From positions 1-64,000 of the forward strand of contig NIVC01001742.1 in NCBI GenBank assembly GCA_002269645.1: a stretch of 64,000 bases of DNA. Reading direction: 5' to 3'. Origin of the DNA: Macrostomum lignano. Its lineage: Eukaryota. A model generated the notes under the pieces. The model ran no database searches. It worked only from the letters and a program-made list of their open reading frames with translations, and was not told the origin of the DNA. The position numbers and the translations under genes were made by a program. This document shows positions 44,801 to 56,706 of this stretch, piece by piece. Every line of letters begins with the position of its first letter. Within the stretch, counting starts at the first letter, position 1.

Positions 44801-45958
44801 ACAGCATAGCAACATGAGAAATGGGAAAATTGCACAATCCAGAGGAGGGGTGAGGGGATAATTGGCGCAGCGGGAGGTTGCAAAGTGTTGTGCAAGCAAA
44901 GATTAAGAACAATAAGGCTGGGGTTGAGAACAAAAGAAGTGGAAATCGGGGATAATTGGGGAGAATCGAGAACAATAGAAAAGTAAACATTGCAGAAAAG
45001 GTGTTAATTGGGTGCAAAAACAAGAACAAAAGAAAGAGAAAACTGGAGGAAATGTGATCATTTGGAGCAAAAAGGAGAACAAAAAAGTCAAAAACAAGAA
45101 CAATAGAAGCAGAGGTTGGGCAGAAGAAATTTGAAATCATTTCTCATGATTTTGCATGAGGCATGAGAAATTTGGGGAGGAGAACAATGGCATGAGAAAA
45201 TGTTACACAAGAGAGGGTGATGAGTCATCAATGAGTCATCGAGGGGAAAGAAGGGTCACAAGACTTGCATCACCGTTTGGGAGTTTGATAAGGGATAGGG
45301 TGATGGTGAGTGCACAAAGTACTGTAAATAGGTACCAAATGAGGGACAGTGCAGAAAAACAATGCAAAAAGAGACAAAAAAGAGGGGGTTTGAGAAAAGT
45401 ACACAATGCATAGGGTTGAGTGCATAGGAGATAGAGTAGCAGGGGAGGTATAGAAAGAGATAGGCTTTGGAAAGGCATGTATGGCAGCATGGGAGACAGA
45501 GCTGAGGCAGCAGGGAGTGCAGCAGAGTGGGAGTCAGCAGGCCTGGTCAAAGACCTAGCCCAGTATTGACGGCTTTGCTCAGGAGGGTGCATGGTGATTG
45601 GAGGTTTTGAAAAATTTCTGTTGCCATATCCTGTGACTAGAGCATGGTTACATTAATCTGTTAATATTAACATAGAACATGCAGGAATTTTGCACTTTTA
45701 TCTAAAAAACAAACTTCATAATAGATTGTCTTTGCTTTTCTATCTTTTCAACTAACACAAAGAGGTTATCAAAGTGATTTGAAATTTTAAATGGCTACTA
45801 AAGGTACTATAAAGTAAAAATAAACTTCTTACAAAGTTACAAAAGATTGGTAAACAAGTGAATCAAATTACCTAATGGTGTTATCTAACTCTAAATTCTA
45901 ATGCCAAAAAATGCCTAATGGTTTAACAACAATTTTTTTTTATAACAAAAATATAAAT

Positions 45959-46409
45959 GGGGGAGAGGGTTCACAAACTTGAAATTTTACATCAAAAGCA
46001 GCTTCTTTCACAAGATCAAAATTTTACAAAGTCAAAAACTCAAATAACAACCACTTTCACAAGGTTGAAACTTCACAAGGTTGAACTTTCACAAGGTCAA
46101 AATTTCACAAAGTAGAAAACTAACTGCATAGTTCTTTTTATATTAAGTTTTCAACATTGTGACATTTCAAGCTTATGAAGTTTCAAGTCAACCCTATGAA
46201 AGTGGCTGCTAGGCCTATTCAAGTTTTTGATGTTGTGAAATTTCAACCTCGTGAATTTTTTACCTTAGGCCTATGAAGTCTCTTTTGCTAGAGTTTTTGA
46301 TTCGATGTTGTGAAATTTTGACCTTAGTCCTTATTTCTATGAAGTTTTGACCTTGTAAAATAATTTACTTTTTGACATTGTGAAATTTCAACCTTGTGAA
46401 AGCACCCCA
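45959..46409. mobile_element. Degenerate fold-back/MITE with inverted arrays of a ~20-bp sub-repeat
   Basis: The left half repeats TTCACAAGGTTGAAA, the right half repeats its reverse complement (TTTCAACCTTGTGAA); GGGG...CCCC ends. Confidence 0.5.
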
Positions 46410-48374
46410 TATAAACTAGCCACATATAAACTCTTTTATCTAATATTTTATTTTAATATATCAATCGATTGTAGTATTTGGCTATAGGCCTAGGCACTGA
46501 GTTGTGAGCTCACTCATAAAAAACGCAAGGACCATGAACCGTGTCCTTTGATATGCAGTTGTCCTTGAGCAAAATTTAAAGCTGACTTGAATATTCAACA
46601 AAAAGAGTTGGTTAAGTCACTGGCGAGTCATTTTTCCACGCGGCATTTATAAAATTTGCCGCTGATTTCGAGCATATTGATATTCAAGAAATGACCAAAA
46701 CATACTGTACATGTCTAGAAGTGTAGCTACATACAGCTCCTGTCGATGAACCTGTACCGAAAAAGATAAAATTTGAATAAGTTTCTATCGATATACTTCC
46801 AATTCCGACTTTATCTTTCATTTGATAATAATAATTTTTTATATTAGTTTTTCACAGGTTTGAAAAAGTTTGTGCAATTTTACAAACAATGCGTCCATAT
46901 ACATATCGATCGAAGCGGTTTTTGAAGGTACATATAGGAAAAGCACGCACACAGTGGAAATGATGAATCGAGTCAAGTTCAGACTGTTTATCCGTGACTC
47001 AGAAGTCATGCAATGTACACGTGCATATATGTGGAGTTCAGAGGACCCCATCGACTGCCGCCATTTCTAATAATTATGGGCATCGTCAACCAATCAGGTC
47101 AAGAGTAGAGAGAGGAGGGTAGCTATAAAGAGCCGGGTGAGATGTAGAGCGGAGAGAGTGAGAGAGAGAGGTTAAGAGCAGAAAGATCAAGAATAAAGAG
47201 ATAGGGTAAGAGTGGCCGGAGAGACTGTAAGCGGAGAGAGTGAGAAATCGAGGTTAATGGTTTCCTGATCCACTTTAGCGATGCCACGGCCCTGCATGTG
47301 CGCCAATCAGCACTGCGTCTCAGCCCTCAGTGCGGCCTTGCAAGCCTCCAAATTTCATGCCAGCACTTCGAATACATGTGTATGCATCAGCTCTGACTCC
47401 GTTTGTTACTGGCCTTTACCCAGGGCGGAGATTCTGGCCATTCAAACGGCGGCACCAGGTGGACATGGACATGCACCCATGTACTCTGTAGCGAATTTCT
47501 TTGATCCCCTTGGTAGAACAAAAATGGCTTGGTAATTCCTAGATTCGTGCATGATCGTACGAACATAACATCGATCACAGTTTTGAGATTCTGTGTGAAT
47601 AAGAAAGAGGCTCTATCTTGCACCTAAATGATTACCAGTTTGTAATAATTATACGAGTACATAATCTTCACATGTACTTCTTTCTATCTTCACAATCTTC
47701 ACATCTTCACATTCACATCTTCACGTAACACCTAAATTACCAACGGTATGACATCACACGGTTCAGAACTCAATATTCTGTAACATTTAAATGTAGTAGG
47801 GCATTATTTTAGAAACGGAAATTTTGTGGGTTTAAACATGCTTTTACCCTACTATCAGTAGTTTCAACCCGGGGAAATAATTAGAGCGGGGGTAAGTGGA
47901 TAAAATCGGGGTTCCTTTAGAAATACAGAGCAGTTGGGCTCTTGGGAAAGAAACGCTTCGTTGGAGTGTCTTCTCCTGTTTAACTTAGAGAGTTCACGCA
48001 GAAGTGGTAAGGAAGGGAAACATAAGGGTTAGGCTTGCACAGAGGAGTCTTGCCTCTAAAACTGGGAGTCTTGCCCAAGCACTATAACGGGAATAAGGAA
48101 ATAAGGGAATTAATGTAAGAGCAAAACAAATAACCTTTTGTACGCATTCTCTTTATTATTAAAAATTTCCAACTGTTAACTATAATCTTTGGTGTCCTGA
48201 CTCACTTCTTTAATCTAAAGTACTAGAATTAGGGAAAGCAGGAAACCTGGTGGCAGCGAAACTACCGAAATCTCAAATCAGTACAGCAGATAATAATCCA
48301 CTAGTAAAATCCTTAAGCAGCTAATAGAAAACCAGTAGCCTAAACCGCGAGGTACCACGACTTGTCCATAAATA

Positions 48375-49245
48375 ATAGTTCTACGACAACAACAACAATA
48401 AAGAACTTCACCCGCTAGCCACTCAGTGGCCAGAAGGGAGGGGGGTCAGCTAGAGAGCGCGTCTTTGGGCACAAAAGTCACACCCCCAGATTGGTCCGGA
48501 GCGCCAGCACATCAGTCAAGAGCTAGTCAGGGTATCTCGCCGTTCGCCCTTGGCCTCGCCTGCGCGGTCCCTGCAGCAGCAGAGAGCAGCCTGAGCAGCA
48601 CAACTTCGGAAGCGGCTCAGGCAGCGGGCCTCCGACCGGATGACGTGGCCTGCCAGTCGAAGTCGTCGCCGCGCAGCAGGTCAAAAAGCCGCATCAGGCG
48701 CGCCCTTGCGTAGAGCGCGGCATTGGTCTCGCTGCCTGGACCGCTGTGCACTCCGAGGGCCGCATGCGCAGCGTCCAGCTGTCTCTGCAAGGCGTCCGTC
48801 AGGGTCCAGGTCTCGGCGTTGTAAAATAAGACAGTCTCAACGACTACCTGAAACAGCCGAGTCCTGAGCCCGTCATCCAGGGCCTCAGAATGGAGCACGG
48901 AGCGCACAGATCGAAGTGCAGCCCAATTGATCTCGGCAGGCAAGTCGGAGGGCACCGTGAAGACTACCGTCTTCTGTGCGTTCAGTTTGAGACCGACTCG
49001 CGATGCTGCTGCCGTCAGGCCATCCAGCAGCCGATGGGCGCCTTCATGATAGCAGCGCAAGATCGTCCGCGTAGCCGAGAACGAAGAGCCGCTTCTCTGG
49101 ATGATGTCGCCGCCGACTTGTGCGTCTTTTCAGCAGGAAGTTGTCGTCCAGGAAATGCGCCAGAGTGTCACCCTGCAGCACGCCTGACGACGTGCTGCAT
49201 TGGTCCGACAGTCCATCTGGCGTCAGCACCGAATAGTTACATGTA
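48375..49245 (-). mobile_element. 5'-truncated, internally deleted RTE-clade non-LTR retrotransposon (reverse transcriptase fragment)
   Basis: SGVLQGDTLA, LGYADDLALLS, VGLKLNAQKT and LFQVVVETVLFYNAETWTL across frameshifts; (TTG)n-like 3' tail near 48385-48400. Confidence 0.88.
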
Positions 49246-50765
49246 TACATGTACATATTTGCCTACTTATGCTGATTGGCATGTTTTGCATTGGCTTTCG
49301 GCAGTTCCGGCAAAACAAACATTAAATATAACAGTAAAATGTAATTTGTAGACACTGTCTGTAAAAAGCATAAAACTTATCAATAATCAGGTAATTAAGT
49401 GTTCTAACTGCGCGGCTTCTGGATTCTGTTGGTGCTTACTAGTAAAATTTAATATAAGAGTCCATCCGCGCTTCTTAACGTCCTCACGCTAATGTTCCAA
49501 AATGAAGCCCACCAAAAAACTACTGTTTCTACTGGGTGCGAGCCCCAAATGAATGCCAGCTATGCTAGTTGTGCTCAGCCGCTGAGCTGCTTTGCCCCTT
49601 CATGCACCCGTGCTCCATCATATCGCCATCGCTATTTATGTAGGGTTAGCCTAAAAGAGGCAAAGCAAAAGGGAGCTGGGCGAGACAGAGCCAATTAAAA
49701 TAGTATAAAGGCTGACTCAAGCTAGTCTGATAATAAAAGCTCAAAAGCATGCACAACAATAATGGAAGTCACAATGAAAAGCAGCCCCAATCCAATTCCT
49801 GATTAAGACAAGGCGGAGGCGGCGAGATGAGCAGGGCGGCTAACAGGCGAAGGCAGTCAGGCGGAAAGCATTAATGAGCACCGCGAATTCCTGGGCCAGA
49901 GACCAGGGCACACCCAAATCTGGTGACCAAGCCCGAAGAGCATGGCAACTCCTCGAAGGAACTGGGAAAGGCTCAGAAACTGACCCCCCATCTCTCTAAA
50001 GTAACCATGGCAAAACATTCAAGCCTTGAAACAATCAAACTTCGCTCCCGTAGTAACACGCTTGGACTACTTAAGTAGAAGAACGAGAAACTGCGTCTTC
50101 CTAGAAAATTTTAGGAGACAGGTATTACCGAAAGGATACATTACGGAGATAGGATGTTTTAATTCATTTTCAGCACAAAAATCTATTTAGAATAGAATGA
50201 TCTAATTGATCTCATTGTTTTGTTACAGTAATCAAGCTAAGAATGATAAAATAGATTCATAAAGCCAATGAGGATCGAGCTGTGCCATTTTTTTATGATT
50301 TTTAGGCACATGCACATGTAATATTGTACGTATAAGATATAAAATTAACATAATTTTCTAAACGAAAAGCTTTGTGAAATATCAATAGAGCTATAAGAAG
50401 TGTAAGTCGTCATATCAAACGATCAAAATTGAGTCTGCCCAGTAGTCTATCAAAAGCGGTAACAATTTCTCTGCTGAAGAGATTAATAAAAACTTCTGTC
50501 TCCGTAATTTAATTTCCGTAGTTTCCCATCCTTGTACTTAAGTAGTCCTTGCATCAGCATCAGCACGCTATAGACAAGTGTACGCGAATATCATAAGAGA
50601 GAAAAAGAGGGTCTTACAGGTAAAGCAGAGATAATCTACCCTGCCTCCCGGATATTTGTAGGTTAGAATCGCAGCTGGTACAAAATGAAATATTGAAAAC
50701 ATATTTGAGACTTTGACACAGTTCGTAGGCCATTTATCAGACAGGCAAACACTTCACTGTGCCTT

Positions 50766-50981
50766 GGGGGGGGGGGGTCGTCATCATGAACCCAAATATC
50801 ATGACTCAGAAATTACTAGCAACGCCCATCACAACCCAAACTATCATAACCGCGAAATATCATAACTCCGAAGAACAAAATAGTGTTGGAAATTGGCAGG
50901 ACTTTCCGAGTTATGATATTTCGGTTTATGACGGTAAGTGCTTTTCGGAATCGCGATTTTCGGCTTTGTGATGCCCCCCCC
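50766..50981. mobile_element. Small MITE-like insertion with G-run/C-run ends and imperfect TIRs
   Basis: G12...C8 ends; internal inverted motif GAAATATCATAACTC / GAGTTATGATATTTC; interrupts a second copy of the repeat at 16040-16190. Confidence 0.55.
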
Positions 50982-52009
50982 TGGGGGTTGGTTTCAAGCC
51001 GAGATTCTAATTTAGCCCCAAATTAATGTGACTGCACTTGAATCGAGCCTGGGCCGCTGGCACTCCAGAGCGATGCTATACCCCCTCACTCACTTAATAT
51101 GGATATTTTCCACGCACCTTTGCTTGAATGTAGCTTATCTATCTAAAACCATTGCTTGAGCTTGAGAACTCACCGATGCAGCAGGGCATTGCCTCTCAAG
51201 GCATTCTCCAAAGTATCTGGCGATTTAAGAATCGGATTAATCTCTTAAGCGGATGTAGATTTCACCATTAGCCAGGCTCAGGCTAAATTGCTACTCCAGT
51301 CATGAAATTTCAAACCTAAATTGAGTTCCTCCACGGGACCGAAAACCTTCTGATGAGTTTTAGGCTCGGCTCGTACATTTACGAATGTTTATAGATAGCA
51401 AATATGAGACAGTGAGCTATCGAAATACGTGCACAATGGTTGAAATAAGTGCGTTTTATTTTCCCGATTTTGCATTATCAAGCAAGTTTAAAGTTCCAAA
51501 CATTACACAAAAGTACAGGTCTTGTACAAGAACATTAAAAAATTAATTAATTTTGAAATGAAAAAACCACTGATCCTTAAATGCTAACTAACTGCAGATC
51601 GAAATCTCATTTCTCTTTTTCGTTTCTTTCTAAGCCTTCAAAACTTGATAAGATAAACATAGGGATTCCATGCACTGACTCCTGAACAATTACAAGAGGG
51701 TTGGCCCTCACAGGTCTGAATTGCAGGAGCACGAGAATCGCCCGCCGAGATTTGCCCGCAATGCTTTTTTCTTCCTGCAGCGCATTTAGCCTCACGGCAG
51801 ATTTCTTTTGAGATTTTGGGGGCAAAGCGACGTGGTATATGCCTGAATTAATAGCTCACAGATTTACCTCTGTATGTATATACTCGCAGAAACGAAAACC
51901 TGCAAAAAAATCTGCATTAGACTAGCCATCCACGCCCCCCCGTTGGGGACCTAACAAAGAATGGAAATTTTTTAAAATAAACTAGCTGTAGCTTCTGACC
52001 CAAGCATTG

Positions 52010-52185
52010 CCATCTCAGCAATTCCCCCCTCCCCCCAAGACTTGACATCCCAGCAATCCCCCCCAAGACTTGACATCACAGCAATCCCCAACAAGACTTG
52101 AAATCCCAGCAATCCCCCCCAAGACTTGACATCTCAGCTATCCCCACCATGTCAGAAATTCCCCCTGTAAGCCTTGACATCAGCA
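52010..52185. repeat. Short minisatellite related to the 13000-13485 array
   Basis: gacatctcagcaattcccc and cccctgtaagccttgacatc units. Confidence 0.85.
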
Positions 52186-53350
52186 TTTGATATACAGTTA
52201 CCATCGAAACGTTTTGATGGGGTAAATCTCTTCATAAAGACTTACTAAGCATTGCTGGCAAAACCTCGGCGGGAAAAACTCGGCGGGCAATTCGTCTGCG
52301 GGAAATTTTCATGGACCAGCGTTTACCGCTGATCTGTTCTGTCAACCACTGTCGCATTCGAGCCCACATTGACTCCGAGCCAGTCTCCGTACTCTTTCAC
52401 GATCCCATCTTCCTTGTTGTCATGCATGCAAGAAGAACCGCCCCCGTCTTCCACTGCATCAGTTCAATCTATTTTAAAGGGAAACACACGCAAGTAGGCA
52501 GCTGCAGGCGCATGCATAGGTAATTAGCCTTTAGCAAACGATCATTCTAACTTGCAACTGGCAGATTTGTTCCATTTAAAGCAAGTAATCGGCAGGGCTC
52601 CCAAAAGCTTGCAGGCTACTGCATGTGATTAAGGATAGGCCATACCCCCGGGGATATCTCAACCCCTAGCTCAAAATGCAAATCCAAGCTTGTACATGTG
52701 AATATACACGGCAGCTAGAAGCTATTTTGCATATCGTGGCTTATGTGTACCTACGGCACCTTAGATATTAAGAATCGCATTGGACACAGAGTTATCTACA
52801 CTGTATAAACGTGTAAAATGCGCAGAGTTGTCTAATGGATATCAGAACCAAAGTGCATGTACTGAAGCTAATGGTACATTTGGGAAGCCAATCCCTTCAA
52901 AGATGTCTACTTACAAATGGAAATGGAAATAGAGCCATTGCTGACGCACCCATTTGTTGTCACCAACACCGCGCAAATATAAATTTACATTGTGCATGTA
53001 TTATTAAATTGTCAAATATAACATAACAAAAACTTTACGGTGTAAAGCTAAACTTTAAAATGTTAGTTTGCCTCGTTTATTTCAGGTAACTAGTTCTGGA
53101 TGCTAGCCTATATTTGGAACTGGGCGTAACTTTAATAAGGTCCACTTTGAAAGCTTCTTGCATCTTTTCTTTACAGTATCGTACGAAGTGGATTTCGATT
53201 GTCAGTTGGTAGGGATAAAAAATGTTTAGCTGTTAACAATACGAATTGAAAAAAATAAGCGAAAGTACTTTCGAAGTAGTACACCATATCCTAACTAAGC
53301 CTCAGTAAAAAGTGCATTTACACGTCAGCAATCAAGCTGGCTTGGCACAG

Positions 53351-54124
53351 TCACCACTTGCGACCGCCGCTGCTTGACAAGTGACTGTTTCCGACTGGAG
53401 TGCACGCCGATCCTGCAAGGTCTACGTCGTCGTCGTCCACGTAGTTGTTGTCCTCCTCGCTGATCTCGGCACAGCTGGAGTCGCCGCCAAGCGCGTAGAT
53501 GCTGTTGAATGTCCGTCTGTGCGACTGATGTGGATGGAAGTGCTGGTGCTGGTGCTGGCTGATATGGCCGAAGCGAGTCGACGTCTCTGTCTTGTTCTTG
53601 GATGAGGCGGTTGAAGACTTTTTCTGTCGTCTTAGTCCTTTCCCGAAGCTTTTGTCCTTGCCTGAGACTGGTGGTGGTAGACAAGCGCCGACTTGATCGA
53701 ACAGCACCTCTTCGGACGGGCCGTCATCCAGTCGACGGTCTCCGCTTGCAGCTGCGCTACAGTTGCTCTTCATCGGATTGGACAAATCCGCGAAGTTCTG
53801 CACCGAAGGAGCCGAATTCGGTAAAATTATATGCGGTCGAACAGTCAGAGTCCCGTCCTCTGCTAGCCAAGTTTCTAACTGGATCTGCAGCTTAATCTCT
53901 GGCGGTTGAACCACAACTTTTGTGACGCGACGAGTGAGAGAAGTTTGAGCATCCTGTTGTGGGGTGTCTGATTTCTCATGTTGCTGCTTCTGCTGCTGCT
54001 GCTGATGATCTTTCTTTAGCTGCAGGCCTTCGATCGCGCGTTGGAATTGTTGCGACAGATCGATGCAATAGTTGACTAGAGTTGATGTTTTGGAGTCATC
54101 AACGACATTTTGTTCGGCTTCCAT
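53351..54124 (-). CDS. Uncharacterised 257-aa protein, single coding exon
   Basis: Non-repetitive ORF with protein-like composition (N-terminal helix, poly-Q, beta-like IKLQIQLETWLAEDGTLTVRPHII, His-rich and acidic segments); a TTTGTCGTAG acceptor lies immediately before the ATG. No family recognised. Confidence 0.7.
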   Translation of the reverse strand: MEAEQNVVDDSKTSTLVNYCIDLSQQFQRAIEGLQLKKDHQQQQQKQQHEKSDTPQQDAQTSLTRRVTKVVVQPPEIKLQIQLETWLAEDGTLTVRPHIILPNSAPSVQNFADLSNPMKSNCSAAASGDRRLDDGPSEEVLFDQVGACLPPPVSGKDKSFGKGLRRQKKSSTASSKNKTETSTRFGHISQHQHQHFHPHQSHRRTFNSIYALGGDSSCAEISEEDNNYVDDDDVDLAGSACTPVGNSHLSSSGGRKW

Positions 54125-54502
54125 TCTACGACAAAGTAACTTATGACAAAGTTGTAATAAAGAAATGAACTCTTTCGAATGAAAGCTTGTTAACTACCAA
54201 CCTTCAGCGGTGGGAAAGGTTATTAAAAGTGTTCAATAAATATTTATATTAGTCTAAAGTACAGAACCTAATTGGTATTAGTTAGTAAATCACGCTCTGT
54301 GGTTCAAAGTCTGTCTGAAAGAGAGTCTGCTTTGTTATTTGTGCCACTAACTTTAAACAGATTTTATTAGTGTCTGTGGTATCATATTATGGCGAATCTA
54401 TAAGCAGCACATGCATTTCCATTTGCATTAGTGTAGAAGTACGAGAATTACGCATGTTAAAGCCAAGGGGTTGGTTACAACTAGGGGTACCACTGCCACT
54501 AG

Positions 54503-54810
54503 GGGTTGTAGCCTAGTAGTTAGTGTCGGACTCAAGACTTGAAGGTCGGGGATTCGATTCTCGATTCCACTGGAGCAATTTGTGTCCTTGAGCAAGACAC
54601 GTAGGTCTGCATTGCTTCAGTTCACTCAGCTATAAAATGGGTGCCAGCATTAGCTGGGGTAATAACTGAGGGTGTGTGTGGTGAACCCCCAGTCATTGGA
54701 CCGAACAGCCGTACGCAGCCTTCAGATGCGCCGCGCAATAGCTGCGGCTGAGCTGTCGGTTGCACATCTGGCCCGATTGGGGGGCAGGTGTAATCAATTA
54801 TATTATTATT
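54503..54810 (+). mobile_element. tRNA-derived SINE with a CORE/Deu-like central domain
   Basis: A box TAGCCTAGTAG, B-box-like GGATTCGATTC, central GTGTCCTTGAGCAAGACAC...CAGCTATAAAATGGG and a (TAT)n tail. Confidence 0.75.
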
Positions 54811-55489
54811 GCGCCCAAGGCGTTGCGCCAGGGTGCCTCCTGCAATTATTGTTATTGCTATGCATGGTGAAACGCATGCATCATCAAATAGATCGGCCAG
54901 CTCTGTTCAGTGCAAGTGGACTCACCAAAAACTTCACTTCACGTTCGCCCCGCAGCCAGCGAGGCCAAGCATGCAGTCAAGTCCCATTCATTCCGCAATC
55001 ATTTTAATTGATATTTGATTTCTACTTAAATGAATGTATTGCCACATTTTTTAATTATTTATGAATCATTTTTCCACTGTTGTACGTGGCAAAAATTTAA
55101 ACAGCGGCTTTTTTAACAGTAGAGTAATGGATAGAAAAGTGACAATGGATTTCCAAGCTTCGAATGCTCTCTGCTTTTAACAAATTGAGAGTGCCTTTGT
55201 TATGCAGCAGTCGGGTGTCTGTTTACAGTTATTGAAGAGAAAATTTGCACTCAATTTTTTAGCATCAGGGCGTCAACAAAGCGCCTAAATACAATTGAAA
55301 AATTAACGAAAATATCGACGATATTTTGCTTATTTACAGGGGCTTCAATCTCACTTGTGCTGTTCTGCCAGAATTCAATCAATTTGATTGAAGCCTACAT
55401 CGCGTTAATCTTGTTAAAATGTGACAATTTCCTTAAGATTCGTAAGTAGCCGAATATTCTTTAACCACTCTTCAATGATTGAAAAGCAG

Positions 55490-56378
55490 CACCTGCTAGA
55501 CTGGGGCATCACCTGTTAGACTGGGGCATCACCTGTTAGACTGGGGCATTACCTGTTAGACTGGGGCATCACCTGTTAGACTGGGGCATCACCTGTTAGA
55601 CTGGGGCATTACCTGTTAGACTGGGGCATCACCTGTTAGACTTGGACATCACCTGTTAGACTGAGGCATCACCTGTAAGATTGGCACATCACCTGTTAGA
55701 CTGGGGCATCACCTGTTAGATTGGGACATCACCTGTTAGACTGGAGCATCACCTGTTAGACTGGGGCATCACCTGTTAGAATGGGGCATCACCTGTTAGA
55801 TTTGGACATCACCTGTTAGACTGGGACATCACCTGTTAAACTGGGACATCATCTTAGACTGGGGCATCACCTGTTAGACTGGGGCATCACCTGTTAGACG
55901 GGGACATCACCTGTTAGACTGGGGCATCACCTATTAGATTGGGGCATCACTTGTTAGATTGGGGCATCACCTGTTAGACTGGGACATCACCTGTTAGACT
56001 GGGGCATCACCTGTTAGACTGGGGCATCACCTGTTAGACTGGGGCATCACCTGTTAGACTGTGGCATCACCTGTTAAACCTGGACATCACCTGTTAGACT
56101 GGGGCATCACCTGTTAGACTGGGGCATCACCTGTTAGACTGGGGCAGCACCTGTTAGATAGGCACATCACCTGTTAGACTGGGGCATCACCTGTTAGACT
56201 GGGGCATCACCTGTTAGACTGGGGCATCACCTGTTAGACTGGGGCATCACCTGTTAGACTGGGGCATCACCTGTTAGACTGGGGCATCACCTGTTAGTCT
56301 GGGGCATCACCTGTTAAACTGGGGCATCACCTGTTAGATTGGGGCATCACCTGTTAGACTGGGACATCACCTGTTAGT
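55490..56378. repeat. 20-bp minisatellite
   Basis: Unit cacctgttagactggggcat, about 44 copies. Confidence 0.97.
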
Positions 56379-56706
56379 ACATCGGAGCTTGTGAAAAAAA
56401 TGAAGGCTACCGAAGTACAGTTTTGCCCGCACCGCGCTCTAAGTTAGAGAAAGCGCTTTTAAGAACAATCATGCAGGATGGCCTTCAAAAGAATTTATTT
56501 ATTTTGTTAATTTTTTTTCAATCAGATTTGCAAATCTTATTAGATAGAGATAGTGTTGACAAATAATGGGATAATTAACTTCGGATTTTCGACATTACTA
56601 AAATTAAGTTAGTTGGCCACAAGTTTAACGTTGGTCACAGTCTACATTTAAAAATCTGCTCGGCTGTTAAGAGATTTCACGGAATTTCTTCGAATTGTTT
56701 GTCAAG

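Noticed and set aside
51350-51385. CTGATGAG as a hammerhead core
   Set aside because: No GAAA follows the possible helix II, and there is no helix I or III pairing.
52300-52510. Coding-looking segment after a minus-strand acceptor
   Set aside because: Every frame is interrupted within about 45 codons and no partner exon was found.
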